Source: Abditibacteriaceae bacterium
GTDB taxonomy: Bacteria; Armatimonadota; Abditibacteriia; Abditibacteriales; Abditibacteriaceae
Direction: 5' to 3'
Assembly: GCA_031372065.1 (NCBI GenBank)
Contig: JANMKN010000221.1
Span: 1 to 42,211 of the forward strand
DNA length: 42,211 nucleotides
The notes under the pieces were generated by a model. The model was not told the DNA's origin and searched no databases. It worked only from the letters and a program-made list of their open reading frames with translations. This document shows positions 16,859 through 26,876 of this stretch, piece after piece. A program made the translations under genes and the position numbers. Every line of letters begins with the position of its first letter. Position 1 is the stretch's first letter.

Positions 16859-17947
16859 ATGAGTAGAAGCAAAGTTTGGCTGGGCCTGATTGAAGAATTT
16901 CGCGCGCATTTGCCGGTCAGCGAAAGCACGCCGGTTATCACGCTGCAAGAAGGCAACACGCCTTTAATTCCGGCGCCGCGTTTGGCCGAAATTATCGCGC
17001 CGGATGTGGAATTGCATCTTAAATTCGAAGGCGCTAACCCGACGGGTTCTTTCAAAGACCGGGGCATGACGATGGCGGTTTCCAAAGCCGCCGAAGATGG
17101 CGCCAAGGTCGCTATTTGCGCCTCGACGGGCAACACTTCGGCCTCGGCAGCCGCGTATTGCGCTGTGGCTGGCATTCGCTGCGTGGTATTGCTGCCGCAA
17201 AACAAAATCGCCATGGGAAAATTGGCGCAAGCTCTGGTGCAGGGCGCGACGGTTTTGGCTATCGAAGGCAACTTCGACGAAGCCCTCACCATTGTGCGCG
17301 AACTGACGGCTTCACACCCGATTTCGATGCTCAATTCGCTCAATCCCTATCGCATTGAAGGCCAGAAAACCGGCGCTTTTGAAGTGTGCAGCTTTTTGGG
17401 CAGGGCGCCCGATTTCCACGCCATTCCGGTGGGCAACGCCGGTAATATCACCGCCTATTGGAAGGGCTACAAGGAATATCACGCGGCGGGCGAAATTGAA
17501 TCGCTGCCGAAGATGATTGGCTTTCAAGCCTCAGGCGCGGCGCCGCTGGTTTTGGGATATGGCGTGGACAAACCCGAAACCATCGCCACCGCCATTCGCA
17601 TCGGCCATCCGGCGCGCGGCGACGAAGCGCTGGCCGCGCGCGACGAAAGCGGCGGCCTCATTGACATGGTGACCGACGAAGAAATTTTGCAAGCGCAAAA
17701 ACTCGCCGCCTCGCTGTCCGGCGTTTTTGGTGAACCGGCCTCTGCCGCGCCCTTGGCCGGCTTGAAAAAGCTGTCCGACAGCGGCTATTTCAAAGCGGCG
17801 CGCGAAGCCTTAGGTCGAAAGCCAATTGTCGTTTCAGTTGTAACAGGCCACGGCCTCAAAGACCCCAACACCGCCATCGCCATCGGCGGCGAACCCATCG
17901 TTTGCCCCGCCAACAACGAAGCTGTGCTACACGTGATGGGTTTTTAA
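16859..17947 (+). CDS. thrC: Threonine synthase
   Basis: EGNTPL, NPTGSFKDRGM (PLP Lys), ASTGNTSASAAAY, PVGNAGNI, EPASAA, TGHGLKDP. Confidence 0.96.
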   Translation: MSRSKVWLGLIEEFRAHLPVSESTPVITLQEGNTPLIPAPRLAEIIAPDVELHLKFEGANPTGSFKDRGMTMAVSKAAEDGAKVAICASTGNTSASAAAYCAVAGIRCVVLLPQNKIAMGKLAQALVQGATVLAIEGNFDEALTIVRELTASHPISMLNSLNPYRIEGQKTGAFEVCSFLGRAPDFHAIPVGNAGNITAYWKGYKEYHAAGEIESLPKMIGFQASGAAPLVLGYGVDKPETIATAIRIGHPARGDEALAARDESGGLIDMVTDEEILQAQKLAASLSGVFGEPASAAPLAGLKKLSDSGYFKAAREALGRKPIVVSVVTGHGLKDPNTAIAIGGEPIVCPANNEAVLHVMGF

Positions 17948-17961
17948 AGCATCCAGCACGT

Positions 17962-18001
17962 AAAAAAGGCGCCACGCGATTCGTTTCGCGCGGCGCTTTT
18001 T
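17962..18001 (+). terminator. Intrinsic (probably bidirectional) terminator after thrC
   Basis: aaaaaaggcgccacgcga-ttcgtt-tcgcgcggcgcttttt. Confidence 0.8.
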
Positions 18002-18027
18002 GAATTGAACGACTTTTATAGCCTTAC

Positions 18028-18139
18028 GCCGGTTGAAACCGACGTCTATAAGAGCCAAGGCCACCGTCGTGGCCTCAAAATGGATGTTGGGAGCCTGCGA
18101 AGGCAGGCTTTGCCCTGCCAGACACCGGTTTCAACCGGT
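18028..18139. repeat. REP/REPIN-like doublet (two inverted ~48-bp units, each ending in a hairpin)
   Basis: gccggttgaaaccgacgtct..aggccaccgtcgtggcct-N16-agcctgcgaaggcaggct..agacaccggtttcaaccggt. Confidence 0.7.
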
Positions 18140-18302
18140 GAAAGACAAACCCGCATCACTGATTACAAAGCGCATAACGTGAAGCCTTCGCCCTGTTAGT
18201 GGCTATACAACGTTTCCGACGATGTTTTTGTCGCAGAGACTGCCTCGCCACTTGTCTACTTCTACCAATTCATACCGTGTAGTCGTCTACGCAGCGTCTG
18301 TG

Positions 18303-18755
18303 CAGGCTCACGTGTTTTGTGCATCTGGTCATGTAAATCCTATATATGCTTATGTAATTCGTGTATGTGGTCATATAATTTATGCATGCATTCATGTAAT
18401 TCGTGTATGTGGTCATGTAATTCATGTATGTGCTTGTGCAACGCGTGTATGTGCTTATACAAATCGTGTATCTACTTGTGCAAATCCTATATGTGGTTTC
18501 TTAGTTTTACATAAGCATATACACGAATTTCATGATCAGATGCACGATTTGTATAACCAAATACACGAATTACATGACTACATACACGAGTTACATAAGC
18601 ACACATAGGATTTGCATGACCAGATGTAAGAAATTCATAAGCATATACATGAAAACTATGAGTGTATACACGAATTGTATAACCGTATATATAAATTGTA
18701 TGATCACATATAAGAAACTCATGATCATACACACGAAATATATGAGCCTATACAA
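18303..18755. repeat. AT-rich degenerate 21-bp array in two opposed arms (about 9 units + about 11-12 inverted units)
   Basis: Left consensus TGTGGTCATGTAATTCGTGTA (units at 18324, 18345 ... 18471). Right consensus TACACGAATTACATGACCACA (units at 18520, 18541 ... 18730). Switch point near 18500. Confidence 0.93.
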
Positions 18756-18892
18756 GCTCTGCGTGCCTTTTGGGAATAGATAAGGGGATATTTATATGGA
18801 AATTTACCGGAAAATTCTCTATGCTAACATAGTAGCAGGGCACCATTCATGCTCTATTCAGCGCGGATTCAACCCCCAAGGAGATTTATTCA

Positions 18893-21061
18893 ATGACCGA
18901 CAAGAACGGCGAGCCAGTCGCTAATGACAAAGATAAAGACCTCGCGTCTTACACTACCGAAGATCGCACCCCGATGAGCACCAATCAAGGCCAGCCGATT
19001 GCCACCGATCAAAATTCGCTGCGCGCTGGCAAGCGCGGCCCGACGCTGCTCGAAGATTTCATTCTGCGCGAGAAACTTCAGCATTTCGACCATGAGCGCA
19101 TTCCCGAACGCGTGGTTCACGCGCGCGGCGCGGCGGCGCATGGCGTTTTTGAACTGTTTGAATCGCTCGCAGAATACACCACCGCCAAAGTTCTCACCGA
19201 TACTTTGCTGAAAACGCCGCTGTTTTTGCGCTTTTCGACAGTGGCCGGTTCGCGCGGCTCGGCGGACACCGCGCGCGATGTGCGCGGCTTTGCCGTCAAG
19301 ATGTATACGCCCGAAGGCAACTGGGACATCGTCGGCAACAACATTCCGGTTTTCTTCATTCAGGACGCGATTAAATTTCCCGACCTGATTCACGCCGTCA
19401 AGCCCGAACCGAACAACGAAATTCCGCAAGCGGCCTCGGCGCATGACACGTTTTACGATTTCATTTCGCTCACGCCCGAAGCGATGCACATGATTATGTG
19501 GGTCATGAGCGACCGCGCCCTGCCGCGCAGCTACGCCATGATGGACGGCTTTGGCATTCACACTTTCCGGCTCATTAACGCCGAAGGCAAAAGCACTTTC
19601 GTCAAGTTTCATTGGAAGCCGGTTTTGGGCGCGCATTCGATTTTGTGGGACGAAGCCGTAAAACTCGCCGGTCAGGACGCCGATTTTCATCGCCGCGATT
19701 TGTGGGAATCCATCGAAGCCGGCAATTATCCGACATGGGATTTCGGCGTGCAACTTTTGGCCGAAGAAGACGAAATGAAATACGATTTCGATATTCTTGA
19801 CGCGACGAAATTGTGGCCCGAAGATTTGATTCCGATTAAGCGCGTGGGCCGCATGACGCTCAATCGCAACCCGGACAATTACTTTGCCGAAACCGAACAA
19901 GTGGCGTTCATGACGACCAACATTGTGCCCGGCATTGACTTTAGCAACGACCCGCTTTTGCAAGGCCGCAATTTTTCGTATCTCGACACTCAGCTTTCGC
20001 GTTTGGGCAGCCCGAACTTCCATGAACTGCCGATTAATCGCCCGGTTTGTCCATTTTCCAACAATCAGCGCGATGCGCATATGCGCCACACCATCAACAA
20101 AGGCCGCGTCGCTTACGCGCCTGCGTCGCTTGATGGACATTCGCCCGACGAAGCGACGGCGGGCACAGGCATTATTAGCTACGAAGAGCAGGTTTCGGGG
20201 CCAAAAGTGCGCGTGCGCAGCGAAAGTTTCGGCGACCATTACGGTCAAGCGCGCCTCTTCTGGAACAGCATGGCGCCGTTTGAAAAAGAACACATCGTTA
20301 AAGCCTTGTCGTTTGAAATGAGCCAACTCGAAACCAAAGAAGTGCGAGTGCGAATGCTTGGCAATCTGGCGAAAATCAACGAAGTCATGGCCGCGCAAAT
20401 CGCTTTAGGCATCGGCGAAGAAATGCCTGCATCGAAGGAAAAACCGGGCAGCATTCCGTCGGGCACAGCCGATTCCGCTGATGAAATCGCGCTTTTAGCG
20501 GGCGCCGAATCACCAACCAGCGCGTCGGGCGGCTTGCAAAAAACCAGCGGCTTAAGCCAAGCCGAAGGCCAGCCGCAATCGCCCAAAGGTCGCAAAATCG
20601 CCATTTTGACCGGCAAAGGTTCGTTCACCAAATGCATCGAAACCATGATGGAAAAACTGGCTGCCGAAGGCGCGATGGGCGTTGTTGTCGGCCCGCATCC
20701 GGGCGAAATCGAAGGAGATAAAGGCCCGTTCACGGCCAAGAAAACCTACGCCAATAGCAGTTCGGTGCATTTCGACGGCATTTATGTGCCCGGCGGCACG
20801 GGCATCGCCACGCTCATCAAAATGGGCGACGCACGCAAGTTCATAGATGAAGCCTACAAGCACGGCAAGCCCATTTCCGCTTCGGGCGAAGGCGTGGAAC
20901 TCGTCAACGCTTCCGAATTCGGCAAGCAAACCGGCGGCAAAGCCCCCGGCGTGTTTTTAGCGCCCGATGGCAACGCGTTGAGCGTGTGCGAAGATTTAAT
21001 TGCGGGCGTGGCGCAGCATCGTTTCCGCGACCGCAAAGATGTCGGCGCGATTTCGGCGTAA
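18893..21061 (+). CDS. katE: Large-subunit monofunctional catalase (HPII type) with C-terminal DJ-1-like domain
   Basis: [45 protein letters not shown] (heme Tyr), YVPGG..HGKPI; SD AAGGAG. Confidence 0.96.
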   Translation: MTDKNGEPVANDKDKDLASYTTEDRTPMSTNQGQPIATDQNSLRAGKRGPTLLEDFILREKLQHFDHERIPERVVHARGAAAHGVFELFESLAEYTTAKVLTDTLLKTPLFLRFSTVAGSRGSADTARDVRGFAVKMYTPEGNWDIVGNNIPVFFIQDAIKFPDLIHAVKPEPNNEIPQAASAHDTFYDFISLTPEAMHMIMWVMSDRALPRSYAMMDGFGIHTFRLINAEGKSTFVKFHWKPVLGAHSILWDEAVKLAGQDADFHRRDLWESIEAGNYPTWDFGVQLLAEEDEMKYDFDILDATKLWPEDLIPIKRVGRMTLNRNPDNYFAETEQVAFMTTNIVPGIDFSNDPLLQGRNFSYLDTQLSRLGSPNFHELPINRPVCPFSNNQRDAHMRHTINKGRVAYAPASLDGHSPDEATAGTGIISYEEQVSGPKVRVRSESFGDHYGQARLFWNSMAPFEKEHIVKALSFEMSQLETKEVRVRMLGNLAKINEVMAAQIALGIGEEMPASKEKPGSIPSGTADSADEIALLAGAESPTSASGGLQKTSGLSQAEGQPQSPKGRKIAILTGKGSFTKCIETMMEKLAAEGAMGVVVGPHPGEIEGDKGPFTAKKTYANSSSVHFDGIYVPGGTGIATLIKMGDARKFIDEAYKHGKPISASGEGVELVNASEFGKQTGGKAPGVFLAPDGNALSVCEDLIAGVAQHRFRDRKDVGAISA

Positions 21062-21073
21062 TCCCGTTGTAAA

Positions 21074-21118
21074 ACGCAAAAGCGCCGCGCGATTTTTCAT
21101 TGCGCGGCGCTTTTGCGT
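21074..21118. terminator. Terminator hairpin after katE
   Basis: acgcaaaagcgccgcgc-N11-gcgcggcgcttttgcgt, a perfect 17-bp inverted repeat. Confidence 0.8.
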
Positions 21119-21182
21119 GGCTTTTGGGAGACAACACGCGGGTTTTGCTAAAATCTGCTGCGGACTTTGTGAATAGAGAATC

Positions 21183-24100
21183 ATGTTTGAACCATTTGAA
21201 GGCGTGCCCGATTATCCCCAATTAGAGCAGGAAATTTTGTCTTTCTGGGACGAGTTTCAAGTTTTTAACCGCTTGCGCGAGCAAACCGAAAACGGCGAGC
21301 GTTGGAATTTTCAAGACGGGCCAATTACGGCCAACAACCCGATGGGCGTGCATCACGCCTGGGGCCGCACTTATAAAGATATTTTCGACCGCTATCACGC
21401 CATGCGCGGGCGCCGCTTGCGCTGGCAAAACGGCTTTGATTGCCAAGGTTTGTGGGTCGAAGTCGAAGTCGAAAAAGCGCTCGGTTTTTCCGGCAAACCG
21501 GACATCGAACGCTACGGCCTCGCCAACTTTTCGCGCGCCTGCCGTGAGCGCGTCGAAAAATTTGCGGGTGTTATCGAAGCGCAATCGAAGCGCCTCGGAA
21601 TGTGGATGGATTGGCCGCGTTCGTATTTCACCTTCGACGATTCCAACATCGAACACATTTGGCTTTTTCTCAAAAAATGCCACGACGAAGGCTGGCTGGC
21701 GCAAGATTATCGCGTCATGCCGTGGTGCCCGCGTTGCGAAACCAGTTTGAGCCAGCACGAAAGCGCCGATTCGTATAAAGACATCACGCATCAGAGTGTC
21801 TACATTCAGTTGCCAGTGGTCGGTGGTCAGGGGCCAGCGCAAGAAGGCGATAAGTTTCTCGTTTGGACGACAACGCCGTGGACGCTAACCGCCAACGTCG
21901 CTTTGGCATTGCATCCTGAACTGACTTATGTGCGCGCCAAAACCGGCGATGATGTGGTGATTTTGTCCAAAGGCACGGTTTCCAGCGCTTTGCGGCCCGG
22001 TTATGAAATTCTTGACGAATTTCTCGGCAGCGAACTGGTTGGTTTGTCTTATTCCGGCCCATTGGATGACATTCCGTTCCAACAGGAACTAACGCACGGC
22101 GTCGGGCGCCGCGTGGTGGCGTGGGAGGATGTCGGCGAAACCGAAGGCACCGGCATCGTGCATATCGCGCCTGGTTGCGGTGCTGAAGATTACGAACTGG
22201 GCAAGCGCGAAAATCTCGGCCATATCGTGCCGACAGATCAAAGCGCGCACTTTTTGCCGGGCGCCGGGCCATTAGCCGAATTGCACGCGTTGGATGATAT
22301 TGAAGTTATCTTTGAAAAGTTGCGCGAACGTGACCGACTTTATCGCATTCAGCGTTACAAGCACTCGTATCCGCATTGCTGGCGTTGCGGCACGGAACTG
22401 ATTTTCTATTCGGTCAAAGAATGGTTTATTCGCGCCGATGCGGGCGCGCGTCCGGCGCGTGAACGCTTGCGCAGCGCGGCTCGCGAGGTCGAATGGATTC
22501 CCGAATACGCCGGCAAGCGCATGGACGATTGGCTCTGCAATATGGGCGATTGGTGCATTTCGCGCAAGCGTTTTTGGGGCCTGCCGCTGCCGATTTATAT
22601 GGACGACGATGGCAATTGGGACGTGATTTCCAGCCGCGCCGAACTCAAAGAGCGCGCCGTCGAACCGGAAAAAGCGGGGACATTGCCGGAATTGCATCGC
22701 CCGTGGATTGATGAAATCGAAATTTGGAACAAGGAGCGCACCAAAACCATGCGCCGCGTGCCCGAAGTGGGCGACGCGTGGTTGGACGCTGGCATCGTGC
22801 CCTTTGCCACCGTCGGCTACAACGGCGCCGATGATATTCGGATGCCGGAATTGAAAATTGCCGATAAAGAATCGTGGCAACCGGCAGATTTTATCAGCGA
22901 AATGCGCGAACAAGTGCGCTTGTGGTTCTTTTCGATGCTTTTCATGAGCGTCGCGCTCGAAAACCGCGCGCCCTATAAACGCGCGATGGTTTACGAAACG
23001 ATGCTCGACCAAGAAGGCGAGCGCATTTCCAAAACCAAAAAGAACGGCGTGCCTTACGATGAAGCCGTGACAACCGTTGGCGCCGACCCGATGCGCTGGA
23101 CGTTTTGCGGCAACACCATCACCAAAGACATTCGCTTTGGCTACAAGCCGATTCACGAATCGCAACGCAAATTGCTGACTTTATGGAATGTGTATTCCTT
23201 CTTCGTAACTTACGCGAATTTGGACAAGCCTAATTTAGCGGCCAGCGGCCAGCAATTAACGGCCAGTAATCCGCTTGACAAATGGATTTTGGCCCGTTTG
23301 AATGGTGTGATTGAAGGTGTCACGAAGGCACTCGATGAAATCGCGCCGGGTGATGTCACGCGCAGTATTGAAGAGTTTCTGGACGACCTTTCCAACTGGT
23401 ATGTGCGCCGTTCGCGGCGGCGTTTTTGGAAAAGCGAAAGTGATTCCGATAAACAGGCGGCTTATCAAACACTGCATCACGTTTTGCTGACATTGTGCAA
23501 ACTCATCGCGCCGGTTATTCCCTTCACGGCGGAAGCGATGTATCAAAACTTGAAAAAACCGCTGCCGGATGCGCCTCTCAGCGTGCATTTATGCCCGTGG
23601 CCTCAAACCGACGCGGCTTTGGCCGATGAAAAATTAATCGCCGAAGTCGAAGCGGTTTTGCAAGCGACTTCGCTGGGCCACAAGGCGCGCAAGGAATCGC
23701 GCGTCAAGGTGCGTCAGCCGTTGCCGCGCGTTCTCATTCAGGCGCCGCCCGAAAATAAAGCGGCGCTGGAAATGTGGCGCGAGACGATTTTGGATGAATT
23801 AAACGTCAAATCGTTGGAGCTTTTGGACGACGCCGGTGATTTAGTCACTTATAAATTGCGCGCCAATTTGCCGAAACTGGGGCCAAAATTCGGCAAGCAA
23901 ATCGGCGCTCTTCGTCAGTTACTCGAAAACGCCGCGCCCGCAGAGGCCAAACGCATTGGCGATGCCGCGCGGCGCGGCGAGAGTTTCAATATCGAGGTAA
24001 AAGGGCAAACTTTAACCTTGGAAGCCGATGAAGTTTTGGTGCAAACGCAGCAGCAAAGCGGCTACAGCTTTGCCGGAGAAGGCGATTGGGCTGTTGCCAT

Positions 24101-24389
24101 TGATACAACGCTCAACGAAGATTTGAGAGACGAAGGCTACGCGCGCGATTTCGTGCGCGGCGTGCAGGATGCGCGCAAGAGCGCCGGTTTGCAAGTCAGC
24201 GATCACATCACGATTTTGGTGGCGCCGCCCGATAACAGCATTTTCGCGCGCGTTTTGGAAAAATTCGGCGATTACATTCAAGAGGAAACTTTGGCCCAAG
24301 AGTTGCGTTTAGTGGGCGGCGATTATCCCGAATTGACAAGTGTTGAAGTCGGCGAAGAAACGCTGCATTTGCGCGTTGAAAAAGTATAG
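21183..24389 (+). CDS. ileS: Isoleucyl-tRNA synthetase (type 2-like)
   Basis: DGPITAN, WTTTPWTL, GTGIVHIAPG, DWCISRKRFWG, NWYVRRSRRRFW. Long type 2 C-terminus lacking the type 1 Zn finger. Precedes lspA. Confidence 0.95.
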   Translation: MFEPFEGVPDYPQLEQEILSFWDEFQVFNRLREQTENGERWNFQDGPITANNPMGVHHAWGRTYKDIFDRYHAMRGRRLRWQNGFDCQGLWVEVEVEKALGFSGKPDIERYGLANFSRACRERVEKFAGVIEAQSKRLGMWMDWPRSYFTFDDSNIEHIWLFLKKCHDEGWLAQDYRVMPWCPRCETSLSQHESADSYKDITHQSVYIQLPVVGGQGPAQEGDKFLVWTTTPWTLTANVALALHPELTYVRAKTGDDVVILSKGTVSSALRPGYEILDEFLGSELVGLSYSGPLDDIPFQQELTHGVGRRVVAWEDVGETEGTGIVHIAPGCGAEDYELGKRENLGHIVPTDQSAHFLPGAGPLAELHALDDIEVIFEKLRERDRLYRIQRYKHSYPHCWRCGTELIFYSVKEWFIRADAGARPARERLRSAAREVEWIPEYAGKRMDDWLCNMGDWCISRKRFWGLPLPIYMDDDGNWDVISSRAELKERAVEPEKAGTLPELHRPWIDEIEIWNKERTKTMRRVPEVGDAWLDAGIVPFATVGYNGADDIRMPELKIADKESWQPADFISEMREQVRLWFFSMLFMSVALENRAPYKRAMVYETMLDQEGERISKTKKNGVPYDEAVTTVGADPMRWTFCGNTITKDIRFGYKPIHESQRKLLTLWNVYSFFVTYANLDKPNLAASGQQLTASNPLDKWILARLNGVIEGVTKALDEIAPGDVTRSIEEFLDDLSNWYVRRSRRRFWKSESDSDKQAAYQTLHHVLLTLCKLIAPVIPFTAEAMYQNLKKPLPDAPLSVHLCPWPQTDAALADEKLIAEVEAVLQATSLGHKARKESRVKVRQPLPRVLIQAPPENKAALEMWRETILDELNVKSLELLDDAGDLVTYKLRANLPKLGPKFGKQIGALRQLLENAAPAEAKRIGDAARRGESFNIEVKGQTLTLEADEVLVQTQQQSGYSFAGEGDWAVAIDTTLNEDLRDEGYARDFVRGVQDARKSAGLQVSDHITILVAPPDNSIFARVLEKFGDYIQEETLAQELRLVGGDYPELTSVEVGEETLHLRVEKV

Positions 24390-24427
24390 AGGCTGGCATT
24401 TTGCCTGTTCTTGTGAAAGGAAACTAA

Positions 24428-25060
24428 GTGCTGTCGGAGTCTTCATCGGAAGCGGTTTTGCCCGCTGAAAACATAGGGACGGAAAACCAATTGGCGGCAG
24501 CATGGGCCGATGCCGAGGCACGCAAAACGGCGCGGGCTCTACGTGTTTTTGCCTTGCTATCGTTGGCGGTTATCGTCGCTGATCAGCTTTCTAAAGCGTG
24601 GATTCGCTCATGGCTTTCACTGGGCGAGGAACAGCAAATTATTCCCGGCTGGCTCCATTTTTCGCATATTCTCAACAAAGGCGCGGCGTGGGGAATGTTA
24701 TCGGGACAGCGCTGGTTTTTGATTGCCATTACGCTGTTTGTTTTGTCCATTGTCTCGCAGTTGGCGCGCGATTTTGCGCCGCATAGCGCGATGGCGCGTC
24801 TCGGCCTCGGCCTTATTTTAGGCGGCGCTATCGGCAATCTTATTGATCGCATTTGGGCGGGCGCGGTGACCGATTTCATTGATATGCAAACTTCGATTGA
24901 ATGGATTCGCACCTTTCCCATTTTCAATATCGCCGATAGTGCGCTGACGGTTGGCGTGGCTATTTTACTGATCGAATTTTTGTGGCATCGCCGCGAAATT
25001 TCCACAGCGCTCAGTGGTCATCCAAACGCCAACTCCGCCGCCAACTCCGAAATTTCTTAA
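24428..25060 (+). CDS. lspA: Lipoprotein signal peptidase II
   Basis: DQLSK, NKGAAWG, GAIGNLIDR, VTDFI, FNIADSA. Start codon uncertain. Confidence 0.94.
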   Translation: MLSESSSEAVLPAENIGTENQLAAAWADAEARKTARALRVFALLSLAVIVADQLSKAWIRSWLSLGEEQQIIPGWLHFSHILNKGAAWGMLSGQRWFLIAITLFVLSIVSQLARDFAPHSAMARLGLGLILGGAIGNLIDRIWAGAVTDFIDMQTSIEWIRTFPIFNIADSALTVGVAILLIEFLWHRREISTALSGHPNANSAANSEIS

Positions 25061-25070
25061 AATCTCTGCT

Positions 25071-26069
25071 GTGCGACCCATTTTAGCTGTCATTCCTCAA
25101 TTGCCCATCGCCGTTTTTTACGCGGCGGCTTTACTTTTTGCTTTGCTTGGCGCTGCTTTGATCCCAAAAATCAAGGCGGCGCATTCGCGCGAGGGCACGC
25201 TTGAAGAACAAATAACGCCGCTGATTTTCGGCGCTGTTTTGCTTGGGCTGATTTTCGTCCTCACGCGCACTTCGATTACGCTGCATTCGTATGGGTTTTT
25301 CCTGATTCTCGGCTTTGGCATCGCCACATGGAATGCCTGCCTTGAAGCGAAGCGGCGCGGTTATGACCCGAATATCGTCCTCGATTTGATGCTGCCGATG
25401 CTCATCGTGACTGTTGCGTGCTGTCGCATCGTTTATGTATTACTCAATCGCGAACAGTTTCCGAATTTTAAGCACGTTTTCGAGGTTTGGAACGGCGGTT
25501 TATCGTTTCACGGCATTTTTCCCGGCTCGATTGCCGTTGTTTCGTATTTTGCTTACACGCGAAAAATGCGCTTTGGCGAACTGGCCGATATTTTGGCGCC
25601 GTCGGTGTTTTTGGGCTACGTTTTTGGTCGTTTGGGCTGCTTTTTCAACGGTTGCTGTTATGGCTACGCTTGCGATTTGCCGTGGGCTGTAAGTTTTCCG
25701 ATGGAAGAAAATCGCAGCGTTTTAACGCCACCGAGCCATCCGACGCAGTTATATTCAGCAGCGCTGGCAATTGGTTTATTTTTCATCATGCAGCGCGCCA
25801 AAGTGTCGCCGAGATGGAATCAGTTTTCCGGTCAACTGACGCTGCTTTTCTTTGCGCTTTATGCCGTCGAACGCTTTTTCATCGAGATTTTTCGCGCGGG
25901 CGCCACGGCGCGTTATTTGTTTGGTTCGCCTTTCACCGAAGCGCAGTGGGCTTCGATTTTTGGTCTCATAATTATCGCGGTTTTCTGGCTGGTTTTGAGT
26001 GCCCGTGAAAGGGTGCAACGCTCAAAGCAAACTTTGGAAGCGCCTTCGACTTCTGTTATCGAAGTGTAA
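25071..26069 (+). CDS. lgt: Prolipoprotein diacylglyceryl transferase
   Basis: SYGF, WNGGLSFHG, GRLGCFFNGCCYG, HPTQLY, RFFIEIFR. Start (GTG 25071) is a guess. Confidence 0.92.
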   Translation: MRPILAVIPQLPIAVFYAAALLFALLGAALIPKIKAAHSREGTLEEQITPLIFGAVLLGLIFVLTRTSITLHSYGFFLILGFGIATWNACLEAKRRGYDPNIVLDLMLPMLIVTVACCRIVYVLLNREQFPNFKHVFEVWNGGLSFHGIFPGSIAVVSYFAYTRKMRFGELADILAPSVFLGYVFGRLGCFFNGCCYGYACDLPWAVSFPMEENRSVLTPPSHPTQLYSAALAIGLFFIMQRAKVSPRWNQFSGQLTLLFFALYAVERFFIEIFRAGATARYLFGSPFTEAQWASIFGLIIIAVFWLVLSARERVQRSKQTLEAPSTSVIEV

Positions 26070-26070
26070 A

Positions 26071-26739
26071 ATGAAAACCTCGCGGGTTATATTTCCTCCG
26101 GTGGAATGCGCCGACGACGAAGGATTTTTGGCGTGGGGCGGCGATTTAGAGCCGGAAACTTTGCGTTTGGCCTACCAAAGCGGCATTTTTCCGTGGCCGA
26201 TGGAGAACTCGCCGATTCTGTGGTTTGCGCCGCCAGAGCGCGCCATTTTGCGCCTTGCCGATTTTCACGTTTCGCGTTCGCTCCAAAAACTGCGGCGACA
26301 AAAAGAATGGCGCCTGCAAATAGACACCGATTTTCGCGCCGTTATCGAAAACTGCGCGGCGGCTTATCGCCCGACGCAGGAAGGAACGTGGATTACGCCT
26401 GATATTCAGCGCGGCTACGAGCGCTTGCACCACAGCGGTGAAGCGCACAGCGTCGAAGTGTATTTAGAAAACGAATTAGTTGGCGGTCTTTACGGCGTCA
26501 ATTGGGGCCAGTATTTCGCGGGTGAATCAATGTTTCACCGCGTTACCGGCGCCTCCAAAGTGGCGCTTTGCTTTTTAGTGGAACACTTGCAAAATCAAGG
26601 CGCGACGTGGCTCGATTGCGAAGTGATAAACCCGCTTTTCGAATCCTTCGGCGCCATCGAAATCCCGCGCGACGAATTTATGAAAATGCATAAAACGGCT
26701 TTAGAATCTCCAGCTATTCAGTGGCAAGCATCGGAATAG
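26071..26739 (+). CDS. aat: Leucyl/phenylalanyl-tRNA--protein transferase
   Basis: GGDL..AYQSGIFPW, TWIT, AHSVEV, LVGGLYG, FAGESMFH, ASKVAL. Confidence 0.95.
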   Translation: MKTSRVIFPPVECADDEGFLAWGGDLEPETLRLAYQSGIFPWPMENSPILWFAPPERAILRLADFHVSRSLQKLRRQKEWRLQIDTDFRAVIENCAAAYRPTQEGTWITPDIQRGYERLHHSGEAHSVEVYLENELVGGLYGVNWGQYFAGESMFHRVTGASKVALCFLVEHLQNQGATWLDCEVINPLFESFGAIEIPRDEFMKMHKTALESPAIQWQASE

Positions 26740-26850
26740 AACACAGATTTCATACACGGAAACGGCACGGATTGACACGGTTTCAATTAAAGCCTTTTTC
26801 GAAATCTGTGAAAATCCGTGCCGTTTCCGTGTATGAAATCCGTGTTCTAT
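26736..26850. repeat. ATAGAAC-type palindromic miniature element; contains aat stop codon
   Basis: atagaacacagatttcatacacggaaacggcacggatt ... aatccgtgccgtttccgtgtatgaaatccgtgttctat (about 38-bp near-perfect inverted repeat). Confidence 0.93.
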
Positions 26851-26876
26851 TTAAAGTCAGCGGCCTATTGAATTTC

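Noticed and set aside
18222..18783. Cys/His-rich ORFs (metallothionein-like appearance)
   Set aside because: Products of the 21-bp repeat read in several frames and strands, with internal stops and no convincing start signals; kept only as a repeat finding.
18890..20398. 502-aa minus-strand ORF
   Set aside because: Antisense shadow of katE caused by codon bias.
21062..21182. T-box riboswitch upstream of ileS
   Set aside because: The leader is too short and has no T-box consensus; only the katE terminator hairpin is present.
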